NCBI GenBank assembly: GCA_001179505.1
Contig: CDMY01000130.1
Location: forward strand, 1 to 64,000
DNA from: Vitrella brassicaformis CCMP3155
Taxonomy: Eukaryota; Protista; Chromerida
Direction of reading: 5' to 3'
Length of the DNA stretch: 64,000 bases
Positions 34,450 through 49,003 of the stretch are shown piece by piece (position 1 is the stretch's first letter; every line of letters begins with the position of its first letter). The notes below the pieces were generated by a model that saw only the letters and a list, made by a program, of their open reading frames with translations, had not been told where the DNA came from and searched no databases. The translations under genes and the position numbers were made by a program.

Positions 34450-37400
34450 CACACAAGGAGTCGACGATACGACGCACGAAACTCATTCAGTCATTCATAC
34501 AGAGCAAGGTTGAGGCACACGTGTAGAAGATAATTAGCAGCTTGAAGAGAGGAAGGCTTAATACATCTCTGCTCCCCCTACCTACTGTACCAACCTAGCT
34601 ACCGCCCACACTCGTCTCTCCGTCGGTCTGCCTCGTCTCGTCTCGCTTCCAGTCCACCCACCTCGCTCCCTTGCTTGCTCGCTCGCTTCCTCCGTTGGTC
34701 ATGCTTGCAGACAGTCAGTCAGTCAGTCACGCACATCCACATCATGCTTATAAGTGAATCACGCACACACATGAAGGCCAGCCGTTTGTCGCACATGCAT
34801 GCACAAAACACCCGACTAGACACAACACACGCACAGACATACATACATACAGGCGGACAGGAAGGCAGTCAGTCAGTCAGTCAGAAAGGCGTGCATGCAT
34901 TCAGGCAGGATGAAGAAGGCTTATAAATAGCTCACAAGACAGACAGACAGACAGACAGTGGTCGGCCGGTCGCATCCAGTCGTTTCCGGTCCTCTCTCTT
35001 TCCATGATAGCATACAGGAGGCAGGCCTGACCGACAGAGCTAGGTAGGTAGGAAGGGAGAAAGGTAGGGAGGAAGGTACGTATGTGGGTAGCTGCGGAGC
35101 TTTGCTTATAAATAGTTACACCAACGATGACAAGAACACGCAATCACACTCACTCATTCACACGGGAAACACGCTAACAGACAGACAGACGTGCAGACAT
35201 GAATGACATGTACAAATTGTATAAATAGCTATATAAAGAGTACGTGGTGGGGAAACCATCAGGTCCCTCACACGCATCCATCCATGCATCCATCCATGCA
35301 TCCATGCAGCCAGTGAGTCAGCCCGTCCGTCGCTCCTCTCATGACTGTTGATTGCCCGCCCTGCCCACAGCCGCATCCACAACACTCAATAACAGGACAT
35401 ACGGGGACAGACAGACAAAGAGAGAGCTCGATCCAGAACCATCTAGATCTGTCTTCCCCGCCCAACACATCAGGCGTCTCTTCTTGACGTTGCACGCCCA
35501 ACACAGACAGACAGACAGACAGACTCAGAGACCCCGGGCGGACAATGCTCACGCAGCGAGCCGCACACGACAGCGCAAGCACAACACCGTCACGTAGCGG
35601 GGAGGGGAGAGTGCGGGAGCGAAAATGAACTCAGAGCCATCATGGAATGGAATGCGCCAAGGAGAGAAAAAGGCGAGGGAACAAAACAGACATGATGCCA
35701 TGCACGAATGCATGCATTCACGTGTCGCAAAAAGATATTAGCGAGCAGAGGACTCGGGCAAAAAGGAACACAGGCGATCAAAAAGGATACAGGCGCTTTG
35801 GTGGGCCGGCCGCACGGACAGATAATGGACGAGGAGAGTCAAAAGAGCGAGGGGCGGGAGGGGCGGGGTGATGAATCGAGGCCTGCAGAGAATTCAAATA
35901 CCCACATTAGCACGCACACACCCACGCACCCACTCAGGTGGAAGAAAACACCGAAAGGAGCTCTCTTAGAAAATGACGTCTAACTCATCCATCCATTCAT
36001 CGATCCACCGACCCACGTCGAAAAAGACTTATAGCCAGTTATCGTCCAATCATAACACAACAGACACACACACCACACTAGGCCAGAAAAGAGAGCACGG
36101 ACAATCGGAGGGAGAGAGGGGAGGGAGGGGGGGAAGGGGCTGGAAAAAAAACTGCTGGGCCGCAGACGAAAAGAATCACAGTCACATACACAGAGAATGT
36201 CGCACATTCATTCCGAGCATCCATCCATCCATCCGGTGGTGCCCTCGCTCGCCCGCATGTGATGCGACGCACTAAATGGCGGCCGCTGTCCAATCCACGC
36301 CATCCATGTACACACACAACACGCCATCCATGTACGTACACCATACCACAGACCCCACATGCCCTCCCTCCCTCCCTCCCTCCCTCCCCTCCTTGCGTCT
36401 CCTCTGCCATTGACAGAGAGTAAGGACGCACACACGGACGGCCAAAGAAAGGCGGACGACTCACAGAAGACCAAACAGGCCAGGGCGAGGCCTAGCCAGC
36501 TCGGTACGTTTAGACAGAAGACGGCACATACAATGCAATGCGACTGTCGCGGCGATGGATGGGTGGGTGGGTGGGTGGGTGTCTGTATGTCTGTCTGTCG
36601 TCCTCTCTCCCTTTTCCTTCCTCTCCCTAGCTAGCTACGATCAATCACTAAATGGATTGACTGGTGGCATGGATGCCAAAGCATGGCAGCTAGGAGGACA
36701 CCAGACAAGGAGAGAGAAGAGAAGTGACGTACACGGTGCGATGGATGCCAAAAGGATGAAGGCCTCTCCCGCTGCCCTCTCTCCCACTACCCTGGCTGTG
36801 TGATGTGTGAGCACGAAAGCAGTCATTGATCAGTCAGTGGGCGGGGGCATGCAGCCGACAGCGAGTACAATAAGGAAATACCATGTGTGCGTGCGATGGG
36901 TCCGTGTGTGAACGTTCAAATGTGAATGGGACTCCCTCACTCCCTCACTCCCTCTCCCTGTCCCTCTCTCTGCGACTGTATGGGTGCTATGGAATGTGTG
37001 GCTGGCAAGACGAATAATACCCCACGTGAACTATCAACCGGAATACATACACGCAACGCAACAGTGCATCCGTCCGTCCACCCATTCGTCTCTGGCCACC
37101 GTCATCCATCCATCCATACACACAGACATACACGCACACGACCGCGCGGGGGGCAGCATCGCGTGCGTGTACCCTTGCCTGTGACCGGCATCATTCATTC
37201 GTCCATTCATTTCATTCTGCGTACGTATGGATGTATGTGTGCATGTGTACGCTTGCAGCGAAAAAAACTGCCAAAAGCACCAATATTGTGACTCTCAGTC
37301 GATGTGCGATGTGCGATGTGTAAGCAGGTCAGTGTGTTCCCCCTCTCTGCCCGTGTGTATGTCTCGTACGGCCACGAGTTCATCCATCCATCCATCCGCG

Positions 37401-38450
37401 ACACAACAAAGTGTCGAAACGAAGAATCTGGCAGAAACAAAACAAAAACAACATCAAACAAACGATCATGACACACGGCAGCACCAGCAGCACACGCACA
37501 GCAGCAAAGGAGGGGGTCGACCGGCACGAACACACGACAGACACATAACGCAACAATACAACACACAGGTGGGTGCACCACGGCGGCAAGCACGTAGGCA
37601 GGCAGGCAGACAGGCAAGAGGGCGATTTAACTTACAGGAAAGGGCCACTATGCAACCATCCATCCATCCATCCATTAGTACTAGGCAGACAAACGACATT
37701 CATTCATTTAGCAGATGGACAGACAGACAGATCGACTGACTGGCGTGAACAGGCAGCAGGCGGACAGCCAGGCATGCATCCGCCGACCAACACGACAGAG
37801 AGCGAGCGAGCGACGATGAGAGATCCGAGATGCGATGCCAACGAGCCGGGCAGGCAGACCGACGCGAGGGAAAGTGAGCTAGCTCAATCAAACCAACCAA
37901 CCAACCAACCATTCACGGACACAAACTTACCCCACAACCAATCATCCCATCCATCAACTTACCCAACCAACCATGCACACACCCACTCACCCACAGTCAC
38001 CCATTCCGCATCCCTCCTGTCCCCCGTGCCCCTCTCTCCTTCCCTCCCCCCCTCCCCGCCCCTGTAAGAGGACGTCACTAGTCCAATCAGCCACCCATGG
38101 ACAGACGATTAATTACTCACCTTACATCCATCCATCCATCCCAGCCAGACATACAGTCAGTAGTACCAATCACTCTTTCGGTCACGGATATTCTCGTCCA
38201 CATCTCGTTCGTTCAGATCATTCCTCGTATTTCTCGGGCTCAAGCTTCTTCAGATCTGACGCACGCACGGATGGGCGAGCCAGCCAACGCACACACATCT
38301 CATCTATCTGTTTGTCAGTCGGTCTGCTGTGTCTCTCTCTGTGTCTGGGCACCGACCTTCTGCCGTCATGTGGCTGCTGAGGCGCTCCAACTCGGGATTG
38401 ATAAGCGGGGGAGACTGGTTACGTCACCAACACACGCACACAGACAGAGA
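34450..38450. repeat. Long microsatellite-rich non-coding stretch ((ACAG)n, (ATCC)n, (GGGA)n, (AACC)n)
   Basis: No convincing spliced ORF; dense tetranucleotide tracts. Confidence 0.6.
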
Positions 38451-38501
38451 GAACCAAGGGCGAGTGTCTATCCTGACTGTGGCTCCTTTGCTCGTCCGTC
38501 C

Positions 38502-41500
38502 TCAGTGCTCACTCACCGGCAGCCGTCCAGACCTCCTCTCTGCTCTCGGTGGGGCTGGAGCTGGGGCGGGAGAGGCCTCCCCAGCACCGCCTGCATCACC
38601 AGCCCCCCCTGGGAACAGCTGCTGAAACGACAGACTCGACACGCCGCTCCCAGGCGAGCCACCGCTCGCACCCAATGGCGGCTCGGGGACACGCAGCCTA
38701 GGGGCGGGCGAGAAGGGCCGCATGGTGGCCATCATGCCGCTCTTGGCCGAAAGATATCCCCCTGGGCCCGGCACCTCGGCCATGGACGACGGCATGGACG
38801 GCTGGGAGACGGTGGTGGCGCCTGAGACGCTGAGGCCGACGGTGGTGGTGGTGGTGGTTCCGGCCGACGACACGCCCGTCGTGGGCATCCCTCCTTCGTG
38901 CATATCCCTGTAGACATTGAGGAATGCCGTCCCCGAGAAGCCCCGCCTGGGGGTGCCGCTCTCAGCGGCAGCTGCCGGCAGACTGGTCGACCGGGGGATA
39001 GGGGCCACATCGGGCTGCGACGCAGCTATGGGGCTTGCCACCTCCTTGGGACTCGATGACGCATCCTTGGTCGACCGTATGCGGCCCGGCCGGGCGGGAG
39101 GTGGGGGTGGGGGCGGTGGGAGGGTGGTCGGAGAGATGTACCGGGGCTGGCGCAGGGGCTGCGCCACGGGCATGTCGGGGAGCAGCTGATAGGTGTCTAC
39201 TCCTCCCGCGCTCTGCTTGGACGGCCTGGACGGGTGGAAGCGCCTGCTGGTTCGACGGGTGTCGCCGTGCGGCCGCTTGAAGCCGCCGTCGCCGTCATCC
39301 TCCATCGCCACAGTGTCAATAGACTCCAGGGACGCCCCGGCGCCCCCCACATCGACCGACGGCAGGGAGGTCTGTGATGAAGACGGAAGAGCACCTGTGT
39401 TTTATGTGCAGAAGGACAGACAGCATGAGTGCACGCATTCGGTTGTGGGACGGTCTTCCCTCCGTCCCTCATTGACAAACAGACTGACAGACTGACTTGC
39501 TTGCATCATGGTGGTGCTCGTGAGCGATCCGTAGGGCGTGGACGTGAGGGCGCTGGATGTGCGCGACAGGCTGGGAGGGGGAGGCGGCGGCGCCCACAAC
39601 GGACGACCGGTCGCCGACGTCAGGGGCAGAGGCAGCCCACGCGACGGCCCCCTCACGGACGGATGCAGACTCCCGGACAGAACGTGACCCATCGTGTCTG
39701 GCACCACTGGTTGGTTGATCAATCCACCCACCCACCGACACACACAATACATACAGCACCAAAACACGCACCAATTCCAATGCGCCCATCCATTGCTCCC
39801 TCCCTACTCTTCCGTGTGTACCTGTTCGTATAGCCTGGTCGCTGCGGCTTCTTTCCTCTTCCCGTTGCCTCTCCGCCACCACCCGGGCGATGGTCTCGGG
39901 GGAGGGCGTGATGGGCAGCGAAACCGCCACCAGAGGGACGTCTCTGCCCAGGTTAGGAGGCCCAGGCTCCACAAACCCGCCCCCTGCAGCCGTCCTGGGG
40001 TGCCTGCTGGGCGGGGGCGGGGGCGGCTGAATGAATCGCGGTCGCCTCAAGTCCTCAATGCTGGGCAGACGGGGCATCATGATCGACCCGTAAGCCTCGC
40101 CGGCCTCCGGGAGCTCGTGCAGACTGCTGGGCCTCGCCTGGCCGTGAGCGAGAGACATGGCGGGAGGGGGAGGAGGGGGAGGGGCCGGGCCAGACGGGAG
40201 GGACGCGATGGTCGGTGAAGGGCCGGCGGATAGGGGGGGCTGGGCTGGCCTCGGAGGCGCGAAGAGCGCGCGAGCTCTGACGCGTTTGGATGGGCGCTGC
40301 CTCCTCCTGACGGAGGGTTCTGATGGTGCGTGCTGAGCGGCGGGTGTGGCGGCGGTGATGATGACTTGTGGGGGCGGGAAGTCGGGAGCCGGGGGGGACA
40401 AGGGCTCCTCCTCTTCTTCTTCCTCCCCCTCTTCGATGGCATGAGGCACTGATGGTGGTGGTGGCTGCAGTGCACACACACACACACACACACACCCGGT
40501 TGTCGTGTATCTCTGTGGGTTGCATATCTCTCACTCACCGGCTGTTCTGGTTCCTCCCCTGTGGTAGTGGTCTCCTCCGCGACGCCCAGCAGCCGCCCGG
40601 CAATCTCGTTGTTGCTGCTCTCCAGCGGCAGAGAGCTGAACCCAGACACAGGCGACTCACTCACCGACAGCGACGACGTCGTCTCAACCTCCCTGCCCCT
40701 CAGCTGCCGGGGCGGCTCCACCCTCTTGTGCTGTGGCGGGGGCGCCACACGCCCGAGGGCCGGCGCCTCGGGAGAAGTCTGTGTCTGCGCGTCCGCGAAC
40801 CCCTCGCCCGTCGCCTCTGGCTCCCGTGCGGTGGGTCTGGGTGTTGTGAGCGTCTCGAAGCTGCTGGCTGATAATGATTCGGCGACGTGCTCGGGGTGGA
40901 GCCGCTGCATGGTGGCGGCGAGGGCCATTGGCGGCCGGGCACGCGCATGGACGGGGGCGCCGCCGGGCGGGAAGGGGGGAGGGTGGATTGAGAGGACGCT
41001 GCGAGATAAGTCGCCGGGTGGCGAGGGGAATGCAAATGGGGATGAGGTGGCCATGCGGTCGGTGCCCAGGTCGGATGTGGATGCGGCAGCGAACTCGGCC
41101 GAGACGGGGATGTGTGGGATGGATGGGATGGATGGGGGGATGGGTGGGAGAGGCGGATAGGGCGATGGGATGGGCGGCGGGTGTGGTGGTGTCAATACGA
41201 CCGCAGAGGTCGGGCGAGCGGAGGGAACTGACGGCAGTGGAGGGGGCGGGGGCGGGTATCGTGGAGCGGGGACAGAGGGCGGCGCCTTGCCGGACACAAA
41301 GAAGCTCTGCTTCGGACGCAGCTCCTCCACACCTGAGCGAGCGAGCGAGGCAGCGGGCAGCCATCCGCACTGGTATGTCAGGCTTCTTGTGTTGTAAATA
41401 ACACGTAGGTACCGTGTGCATGTCTGCAGAATTGTCCTCTCTTGCAGGTGCCTCTTTTCCAGAAGACGCACAGCGATGTCTTGTAGAAGTCATCGGTCGA

Positions 41501-42313
41501 CCGCAGCTCGTCCTCACCTGCACAGTCCACACGCAGTCCATGCATACGCGCCAAGGTCAATTGCTTCGTGCCAATCAGTCAGTCCCATTGCTTTCCATCT
41601 GTCCGTATTTACCGTGTGCAAAAGCACAGTGTGGGTCTAAGCATTCGCCCTTCTGGAAGTTCTCACACAGCCGGGTCTGTGTCGCGCCCACACCACAGCA
41701 CAGCACAGCCATCGATCCAGACACGCGTGGGAACATGTGCTGTTTCTGTCTGTCTGTCTGTCTGTCTGTCTCTGTCTTATCATCTCTGCAGTGACTGACA
41801 GACCTTGGTAAGGTCGGGTCTGGTTCGAACTTCGCTCTCGGAGTGGGCGTACCGGCAACTCTCACCCCTGGTGCACTCTCCCTGACCAGAAAGAGAGAAA
41901 GACACACAAAGCGAGCAGGAATGAGGTCATGAGACGCTGGCGGCTGGCTGTCCACATGAGTACATCAAGTGACTGACGCTCACCTGTTGCCAGAATCTGA
42001 TGAAAAGACAAAAGCACAGACAGCAGAAAAAAGAAACACAGGCAAACGAATGAACGAACGAGGAGTGAACATCTTTCCTTCTCGTGTGAGTGTCTTTGTG
42101 ACTGACTGACTGACTGACTGGGTGTGACTGACTGACTGGGTCACATACACACACATATATGTACATACATACATACACGTGTACATACTTGCAGATTCTG
42201 GTTTTGTAGAATTGTGAGGCGGCAGCACTGGACGAGGCTGGGTGGGCCGAGGCCTCTCCACCAGTGACTGGCGGAACTGGATCGGCCGTCTTCACCTCAA
42301 ATACGGACGACAC
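38502..42313 (-). CDS. Triple CCCH zinc-finger RNA-binding protein with a very long Pro/Ser-rich C-terminus (5' exon unresolved)
   Basis: Spliced [80 protein letters not shown], the alveolate 3xCCCH pattern. Confidence 0.88.
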
Positions 42314-43649
42314 TAGGCCAATCTAGCTACCTAGCCGCCGACCTACCGCCACTCTCTACTTATATGTACCGATGTATGCGTGTGAAACAGATACGCACGC
42401 TAGGCTGACTGTATTGGGCTGTCTTGCTTTGCCTCCCTCGCCACCCCTCTTGTCTGTCTGTCTGGCTGTCTGTGCCCCTATGTGCGTATGTACGTATGTG
42501 TGTATGTAAGTATGCGTACAGATGATGATACACGAATACTCGTACGTATGTATGTATTTGTGTGTATGTATGCCCGATCCTCTTGTCTACGGCTGTGCGC
42601 ACCGATCTGTGTGTGTACGAATGCGTCTGACTAGGTGCCCACACACACACACACACACACTCGGAAAGACAGTCAGACAAACAGACAGTCAGTCAGACCA
42701 GACAGTCAGAAAGGCAGGCAGACAGTCAATCCCCCCCTATCCCTCTCGCGAACCCGTACCACGTGTCAATCAAGTCAGTCACAGCACTTGCCTCACTCTC
42801 CCGCCTCTGCTGCCCGGCATGCACCCACCCGCTTCTGGCTCTACAGTCTCAGAAAGCAGACAGAGGTCAAGCAGCCGGCCACTGAGCCACCGACCAGACA
42901 TCCACGCATCCACACACGCCACGCACCCGAAAGCAACACACCACAGAGAGGGAGCAACACACGAGCAAGATAGATCTGGCGCGCGTTGCCTCGAAAATGC
43001 GTTCCGACGCCTGGGTTGGGGATGGCAGCAGACAGGAGGCGTGGCGTCGTCCCCCAAACAAGGGATCTCTGCAGGGAAGAATGGATCGCCTCTGCGAGCT
43101 AAGAAGGGAGGGTGAGAGAGGCGGATGGCGTTTGTGTGTTTGTTGAAGGCCGCTTGTGGATGAGCACGCAGCAGGGGAAGGAGGGCGTGATTGCAGATCT
43201 TCCGCAGACACTCACACCACTGTCCGAGGCGGGTAAGTAAGGAGGAACCAAGGGCTCACCACTCACTACACGCACGCGACAAGAGTCATCCGTGACTTTA
43301 TGGATGCTGCTGCTGTGCTGTGATGTGCGTGCGCTCGCCTTGCTTCGCCGCGCTTGCAGGCCCTTTCCCAGCATCGTTGCTTCATCAGACCCATCCAGAT
43401 GTTGCTCCGTCAGCACCGCCTCCGCTTCACGAGGGCATGCCGGGTCAGTCAATTAGCGAGCGACAGAATCAGCCGCCACGATATGCATATCAAAATGTAT
43501 CTATCTCTCTCTCTCTGCTGTGGGCCATGTGCGTCGCCTTGTGTGTATTGCGGGCACTGATTGCAGCAGCCACCCCTCCCCCCACTCGCCTTTTCCCTCC
43601 ACCCTCTGCCCGCCCTCCGTCCCTGACCGAGCCGCCAGACACCGCTGCC

Positions 43650-45584
43650 ATGCCATACGAGGCAGCAGCGCGCGCGTCTCGCGACCCACCGCCTTACGAG
43701 GCACACGGTGACCCCCTCTGCAGGGCCTCACCACAGCCCACACAGCAACCAACCTATCCACCACCCTCGGCATCATCGGCAGCGACAGCAACAGGAGGAG
43801 GGAGAGCACCAGGGCCGAACTATCGACCCCCGCCTCCCTCAGTGCACCAGCGGATGACTCCCCCTCCCCCACCGCCACCGCCCCCACCGCCACCACCACC
43901 GTCGATGCCCCTCCAGCAGAGAGAGCGAGGCGGTGCTGAGAGGGTCAGGGCCGGGAGGCCGCCGCGGACCGACCCGCTGCGGCATCTGAACCATAGGCGT
44001 GTATACCACACTGCAGGTGGGCAGGCTGAGTTCGTTTGCCGTCGTAAGGTGCTGGACGAGCCCAACTGGGAGGGGTACTTCGAGTGCGAGTGGGAATTCG
44101 TCTATGTGCCGCCCGGTAGGCCTACCGCCAGGGAAAGGTGAAAGAAAGAAGGTATCTGGCCATCTGTGAATGTCGACCGTTGTTGTGGTGGCGCGTGCAT
44201 TGCATTGTATGTTTGAACAGATTTCAAGATAGTGTGGAGTGCGGGTGACGATCCGATGGAGTATCGGCTGGTGCTCAGGGACGAGATCAACCAACGCATG
44301 AGCCAACTGGATGACAGAATACAGAAGCTGCAGGTAAGCAGAGCAGACCGGACAGACAGGCCTCAGAGAGCACTCTACTCACATGCCATGACCCTTTCCT
44401 TGTGTTGGTTTGCAGAAGAAAAACGACGCCCTGACAGAGGAGGTGAAGCGGCTGCGTGAGACGGCCGCGCCAACCCCTCCGCCGCCCGAAGACCACCCGG
44501 CCATCGAGTACTGGCGGACCAGATACCTCGCACTCGCCAATGCCGTCAGGCTCGGTGCAGTACAGCCCGGAGACGCAGCGGCACACGCCCAAATGGTGAA
44601 CAAGGAGACCAAAGACACACAGAAAAGGTCGTCACTCACTGTGATGTTATGCTTGTGTGTATGTGGGTGACTCTCTGTTGTTTGCAGCCGCCTGCTGTGC
44701 CGCCTCACCGCGCGCCACCCCCGTTGATGCGGCCACCTGGGATCGACCAGCCCCCACAGCACCCACTGAGGCCCTCGGCCGCTCCGCAGACACAGACGCC
44801 CGAGATGGAGAGGCTGGGTGTCCAGACGCAGTTGCAGGGGAGCTGGCAAGGGCCCCCTCCGTCTGACCTGCCGTCGTCTCCATTCACTCTCAAGGAGAGG
44901 GCGCTGCAACACCAGCACCATCAGCTGCAGCAGATGCCCGCGTACCCTGTGTCAGCAGAGGCCCAGCAGCAGCAGCAGCAGGTCCCACCCGGCTTTGCGC
45001 AGGAGGCTGCTCAGGGCTGGTTGGGGGGTAGTGGTGCGCCAGGGCCACTACCACCAGCAGCAGCAGCAGCGGCAGCAGCAACAGGATCTGCTTCAGGTGG
45101 TGCAGCGACAGGTGGCGGTGGGGTGTCGACTAAGTATGGCGGGCAGCTGGCTGTGTGCGTGGGGGCCTTCGATGCTGTCGAAGACACAGAACTCAGACTC
45201 AGAGAAGGTCAGTCAGTGAGTGAGGCTAGTGAGAGCAGGGCAAGACAGCGGGCCGGGCCGACGTGTATGTGTATGTGTATGTGTATGTCTGCATGTGTTC
45301 TCTGTCCCCTTAGGTGACATAGTGGAGGTGTTGTCATCCCATCCCCGGGGATGGAGCTGGGGGCGACTCGTCTCATCAGGGTGAGGGACGGAGGGAGGGA
45401 GGGAGGGAGAATACATTCTTTGGGCGAATTCAAGGATGGCTCTCTGTCTGTCTGATGGATGGATGTCAGTGTGGTTGGCGGCGAAGGCGGCGGCCCGTCA
45501 TTCGGTTGGTTTCCCGCAGAGCTGCTGCGGCCCTATCATGAAGCCCAGGCTGGTGGTGCAGCTGCTGGGAGGGGGGAGGGGTAG
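43650..45584 (+). CDS. Pro-rich, coiled-coil, C-terminal SH3-domain protein (start approximate)
   Basis: Poly-Pro tracts; coiled coil EINQRMSQLDDRIQKLQKKNDALTEEVKRLRE; spliced SH3 AFDAVEDTELRLREGDIVEVLSSHPRGWSWGR...GWFPAELL. Confidence 0.8.
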
Positions 45585-48243
45585 CGTAGGTTAGGGTAGG
45601 GTAGCTAGTGCCATGTGTGGTGTGGTGTGCCTGCGGGGTGGGATGGGAAGAATGCGTGTATATGGGTGGGCAACGGGTGGATGTGAGTGGGTGGGTGCAC
45701 TGGGGCGGGGGGCGCCTGTCTGTCTGACTGTCTGTCTGTCTGTCTGTCGTCCGCCTGCCTGTCTGTGCGCGCGAGAAAGATGGTGTGAGCCATTTCCGTC
45801 TTCACATGCCTGTCGGTCTGTGTGTGTGTCTTTATTACGTTTATTGCCTTTTGTGTGTCTTTTGTTGTGTTGTCTGTGTTCGGCGTCCGCTTTCTCGGTT
45901 GCTCACTCACTTGTAATCTCTTTCAACCAACCAACCAACCAACCAGCCAGTCGCTTGCTTGCACAGCTTTATCACACTGCCATAAAGTGTGTGTGCATGG
46001 GTGGGGGATTTGTTGCTCGTGTGTCGCCTTACACCGCATCAGTGCGTGAGAGAGTCAGTGAGTCAGTGAGCGAGAGACTGCAACAATGGCGCGCATGCGT
46101 GTCTCTGTCTGTCTGTCTGTATGTGGTGGGTGGGTCATTATGTGTGCCGATGAGTTTATTGACAGGGGCCCTTCCAGGCACTGGCATACAGACAGACAGA
46201 CAGACAGACATGATTGCCCCCGTGTCTTGTCGTTTCTCGTCCTACTCACCTGTTGTTCCTTTTGTCAACCGACCAGTCGCTCGCTCGCTCGCTCGCCCCC
46301 TCGGGCAGCGATTGTCGTCCTTCTTTCTTGCCCTAGTCGCGATGTCGCACGTGTTTTGTTGCACTTAAGCACCTCACTTAGTGACAGTGGTCCCACGCCC
46401 AGAGAGAGACAGTGAGAGAGAGAGCGTCAGAAAGCGTCAAAAGACAGTGTCACTCTGGTCGAGTCGTGCTTAGCCCTCTCTGCCTGCCTGCCTGCCTGCC
46501 TCTCCCTCCTCCCCTCTCTGCCCTTTTCCTGAATGAATGCATGAATGCACCCATGGCATATGATAATGGATGGGCCACGTTTAGTAGTGAGTGAGTGAAT
46601 GATGCCAAACGACCCGACCCCCCTCCCGCACCCATACGTCTGTCTGTCTGTCTGTCTCGTGTCACGCTGCCCTGGCCTCGTATTTTTGGATTCCTCTTTC
46701 CACACAATCTATCTCTTGCCTTTCTATCTATCTGCCTGTTTGCCTGACTGCCCGTCTGCCTGTCGACGATCCGCCGAGCGCTCGTGAGCAAAGCAGCCAA
46801 GGAGAAAGACGAGAAGGACAAAGGAAAGGGCCCGTCCGCTCGTCCGCTGGCTGATTTCAACCCCTCTCATCTCTTGTCGCCCCTTGATTGATTGAGGCGG
46901 GTATTTTTTAACACATACCATACGTACACACATATGTACGCACGAGATGACAATGAATGGTGCGTTTAGACGTACGTACGTACGCGCATCGCATAGGTGG
47001 GGCGGGTGTGTGTGATGGCCGCACTTATGCGCCAGGTTTTGAGTGAGTGACTGAGTGAGTGAATGAGTGAATGGTTCATATGGGCAGACGGGGGTGGGGG
47101 GCAGGCAGCCAGGGAGGGAGGGAGGGAGGGGGGAAGGGAGGGGCCTGGATGTGGGATTCGTGTCCGTGCCGTCGATGTATCTGCTGCATGTGGTCGATTG
47201 TTTTATAATTCTTACAATGACTCGTGGGGTTCATGTGGCTGTGCACGTAAGCGTGTCTGAATGTTTTATAATTCCTACGACTCACTGACTGACCACCTGC
47301 ATGGCATGGCGTCGTGGCGCTCTCTCCCGTAGAGCGCTTTCGTGTGTGCATGGGCGGGTGGGTGGGCCTGGAGAGAGGGAGGGAGGGAGGGAGCGGGGTG
47401 GTGTTGCAGTGAGTGTCTGAGTGATTGATAGAGTCAGTTCAGAGGAGATTGCATCATAGGCCATTCTTCATTCATCGATTCGTTGTCAATGTTCCCGGGA
47501 TGTGACTTCCTGCATTCGCTGATGGGCGGGCGGACGGGCGGGTGCGTGCGTGCGTGCGTGAGAGTGAGGAGGGTATTTGATAATAACAATAAGTCAAGTA
47601 CATATCTCGATTGACCGGCCTCAATACATACGTACGCTACTGAGTGAAACGAATATTCGAGTGAGTCGCCTTGCCTCTCTCTGTGAGTCTGACCTAGTGC
47701 CTGTGTGACCACTGACTGACAAGAAATGCATTCTGTGTGTGCAGGTGAGTTCCTCCTGTCTGTCTGTCTGAGTGTCTGCGGGAGGGACTGACTCACTGAC
47801 ACGGATTGAGGCAGTCCCTCCTGCCTGCCTGCCTGCCTGCCAAGATGGATGTTTGCTCGCCGATGGGAGTTTTTCACCTGTAAGTCTTTCTCACTGGTGG
47901 GTCTGATGCATGCTGGGCTGTGGTGTGTTGTGTTGTGCTCCGTTGTGTTGCGTCGCGTTTGTCACTGACTGCCTGCCTTGCCTTCTGTCCCCTCTCTCTA
48001 TGTGCAGGTTTGTCATGACGAAACTCCTTCCATGGTGCGTGTCTGTGTGTATGGGAATTAGCACTCATTCAACTCGATTCTTCCAAACAGTCAGTCGGTC
48101 GGTCGGTAAGTCAATCAGTGATGTAACCAATCGTGTCTTTCGGTCGCATTTCGCCACTTGGTTCGTGTTGAAGAAAAAGGCACATTTATCAAATGTACAC
48201 CGGCCGTCGTCGTATTTCGGTCACATTCACACCATTCGCTCGC

Positions 48244-48816
48244 TCACTTCCTCTCCTTGTCCAGCAAGTCGTGCTGCGTCTGGCTTGTCGTCTTGTCCTC
48301 CGGCAAATCGTCTGCACCGCACCCCAAACCACACACAGCGCACATCCCATGATGCGTTCCTCAGCGCATCGCATCACGGCCCCCCTTGGCTCAGCTCACC
48401 TCCCAGGTAGTCCTTGATGAGTATCTTGTCGTCGAGCCCCATGAGCATCTCGAGGTGCACCATGGAGCTCTTCATACCCGGCAGCCGCCGAATCGTCGAA
48501 GCCATCTGCCGCTCGACCTGCGTCTTCATCGCCAAACCTGGGCCGTACAGAAAGGCGTCGCGCTTGACCTTGCTCTCCTCGTGACGACGCACACCCTGAC
48601 ACACAGACGACACACAAGACAACACATCAGCCAATCAGCAAAAGAAACAGCCTGATCTGTGCGTGCGTTGCTTGTGCTGCCTGGTGCAGTGCTCACATTG
48701 GTCTGCATCTCCTCCACAGGGTGCTTGCGGTGCGCGTCGAGGGTGATGTTGCGAAAACCGTCGCGCATCATGTCCAGGGGCTGGACCCCTACCTGGGACA
48801 AGTCCTTCTCGTCCAT
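48244..48816 (-). CDS. UMP1: Proteasome maturation factor UMP1/POMP
   Basis: MMRDGF...HPVE...AFLYGPGLAMKTQVERQMASTIRRLPGMKSSMVHLEMLMGLDDKI..KDYLG; 3 exons. Confidence 0.85.
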
Positions 48817-49003
48817 CGCTGCCGTCTCGCGCGCCGTCTTTCTCCTCCTGCGGCTTCTGCACAGGAAGCGTTTCGTTTCACACCCTAAGCTCCATAAGGA
48901 GGTTCAACCCTCTCATCGCCCAACCAACCTCCGCAGCAGTCGAGAAATGGAAATAATGATGATGGCGCTGGGCGGGAGGTAGCAGTGCAGCTTCTCAGCT
49001 CAT

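Noticed and set aside
34014-34452. Degenerate coding-like frame upstream of gene B (possible transposon remnant)
   Set aside because: No transposase/RT motif, terminal repeats or TSD recognised; multiple stops.
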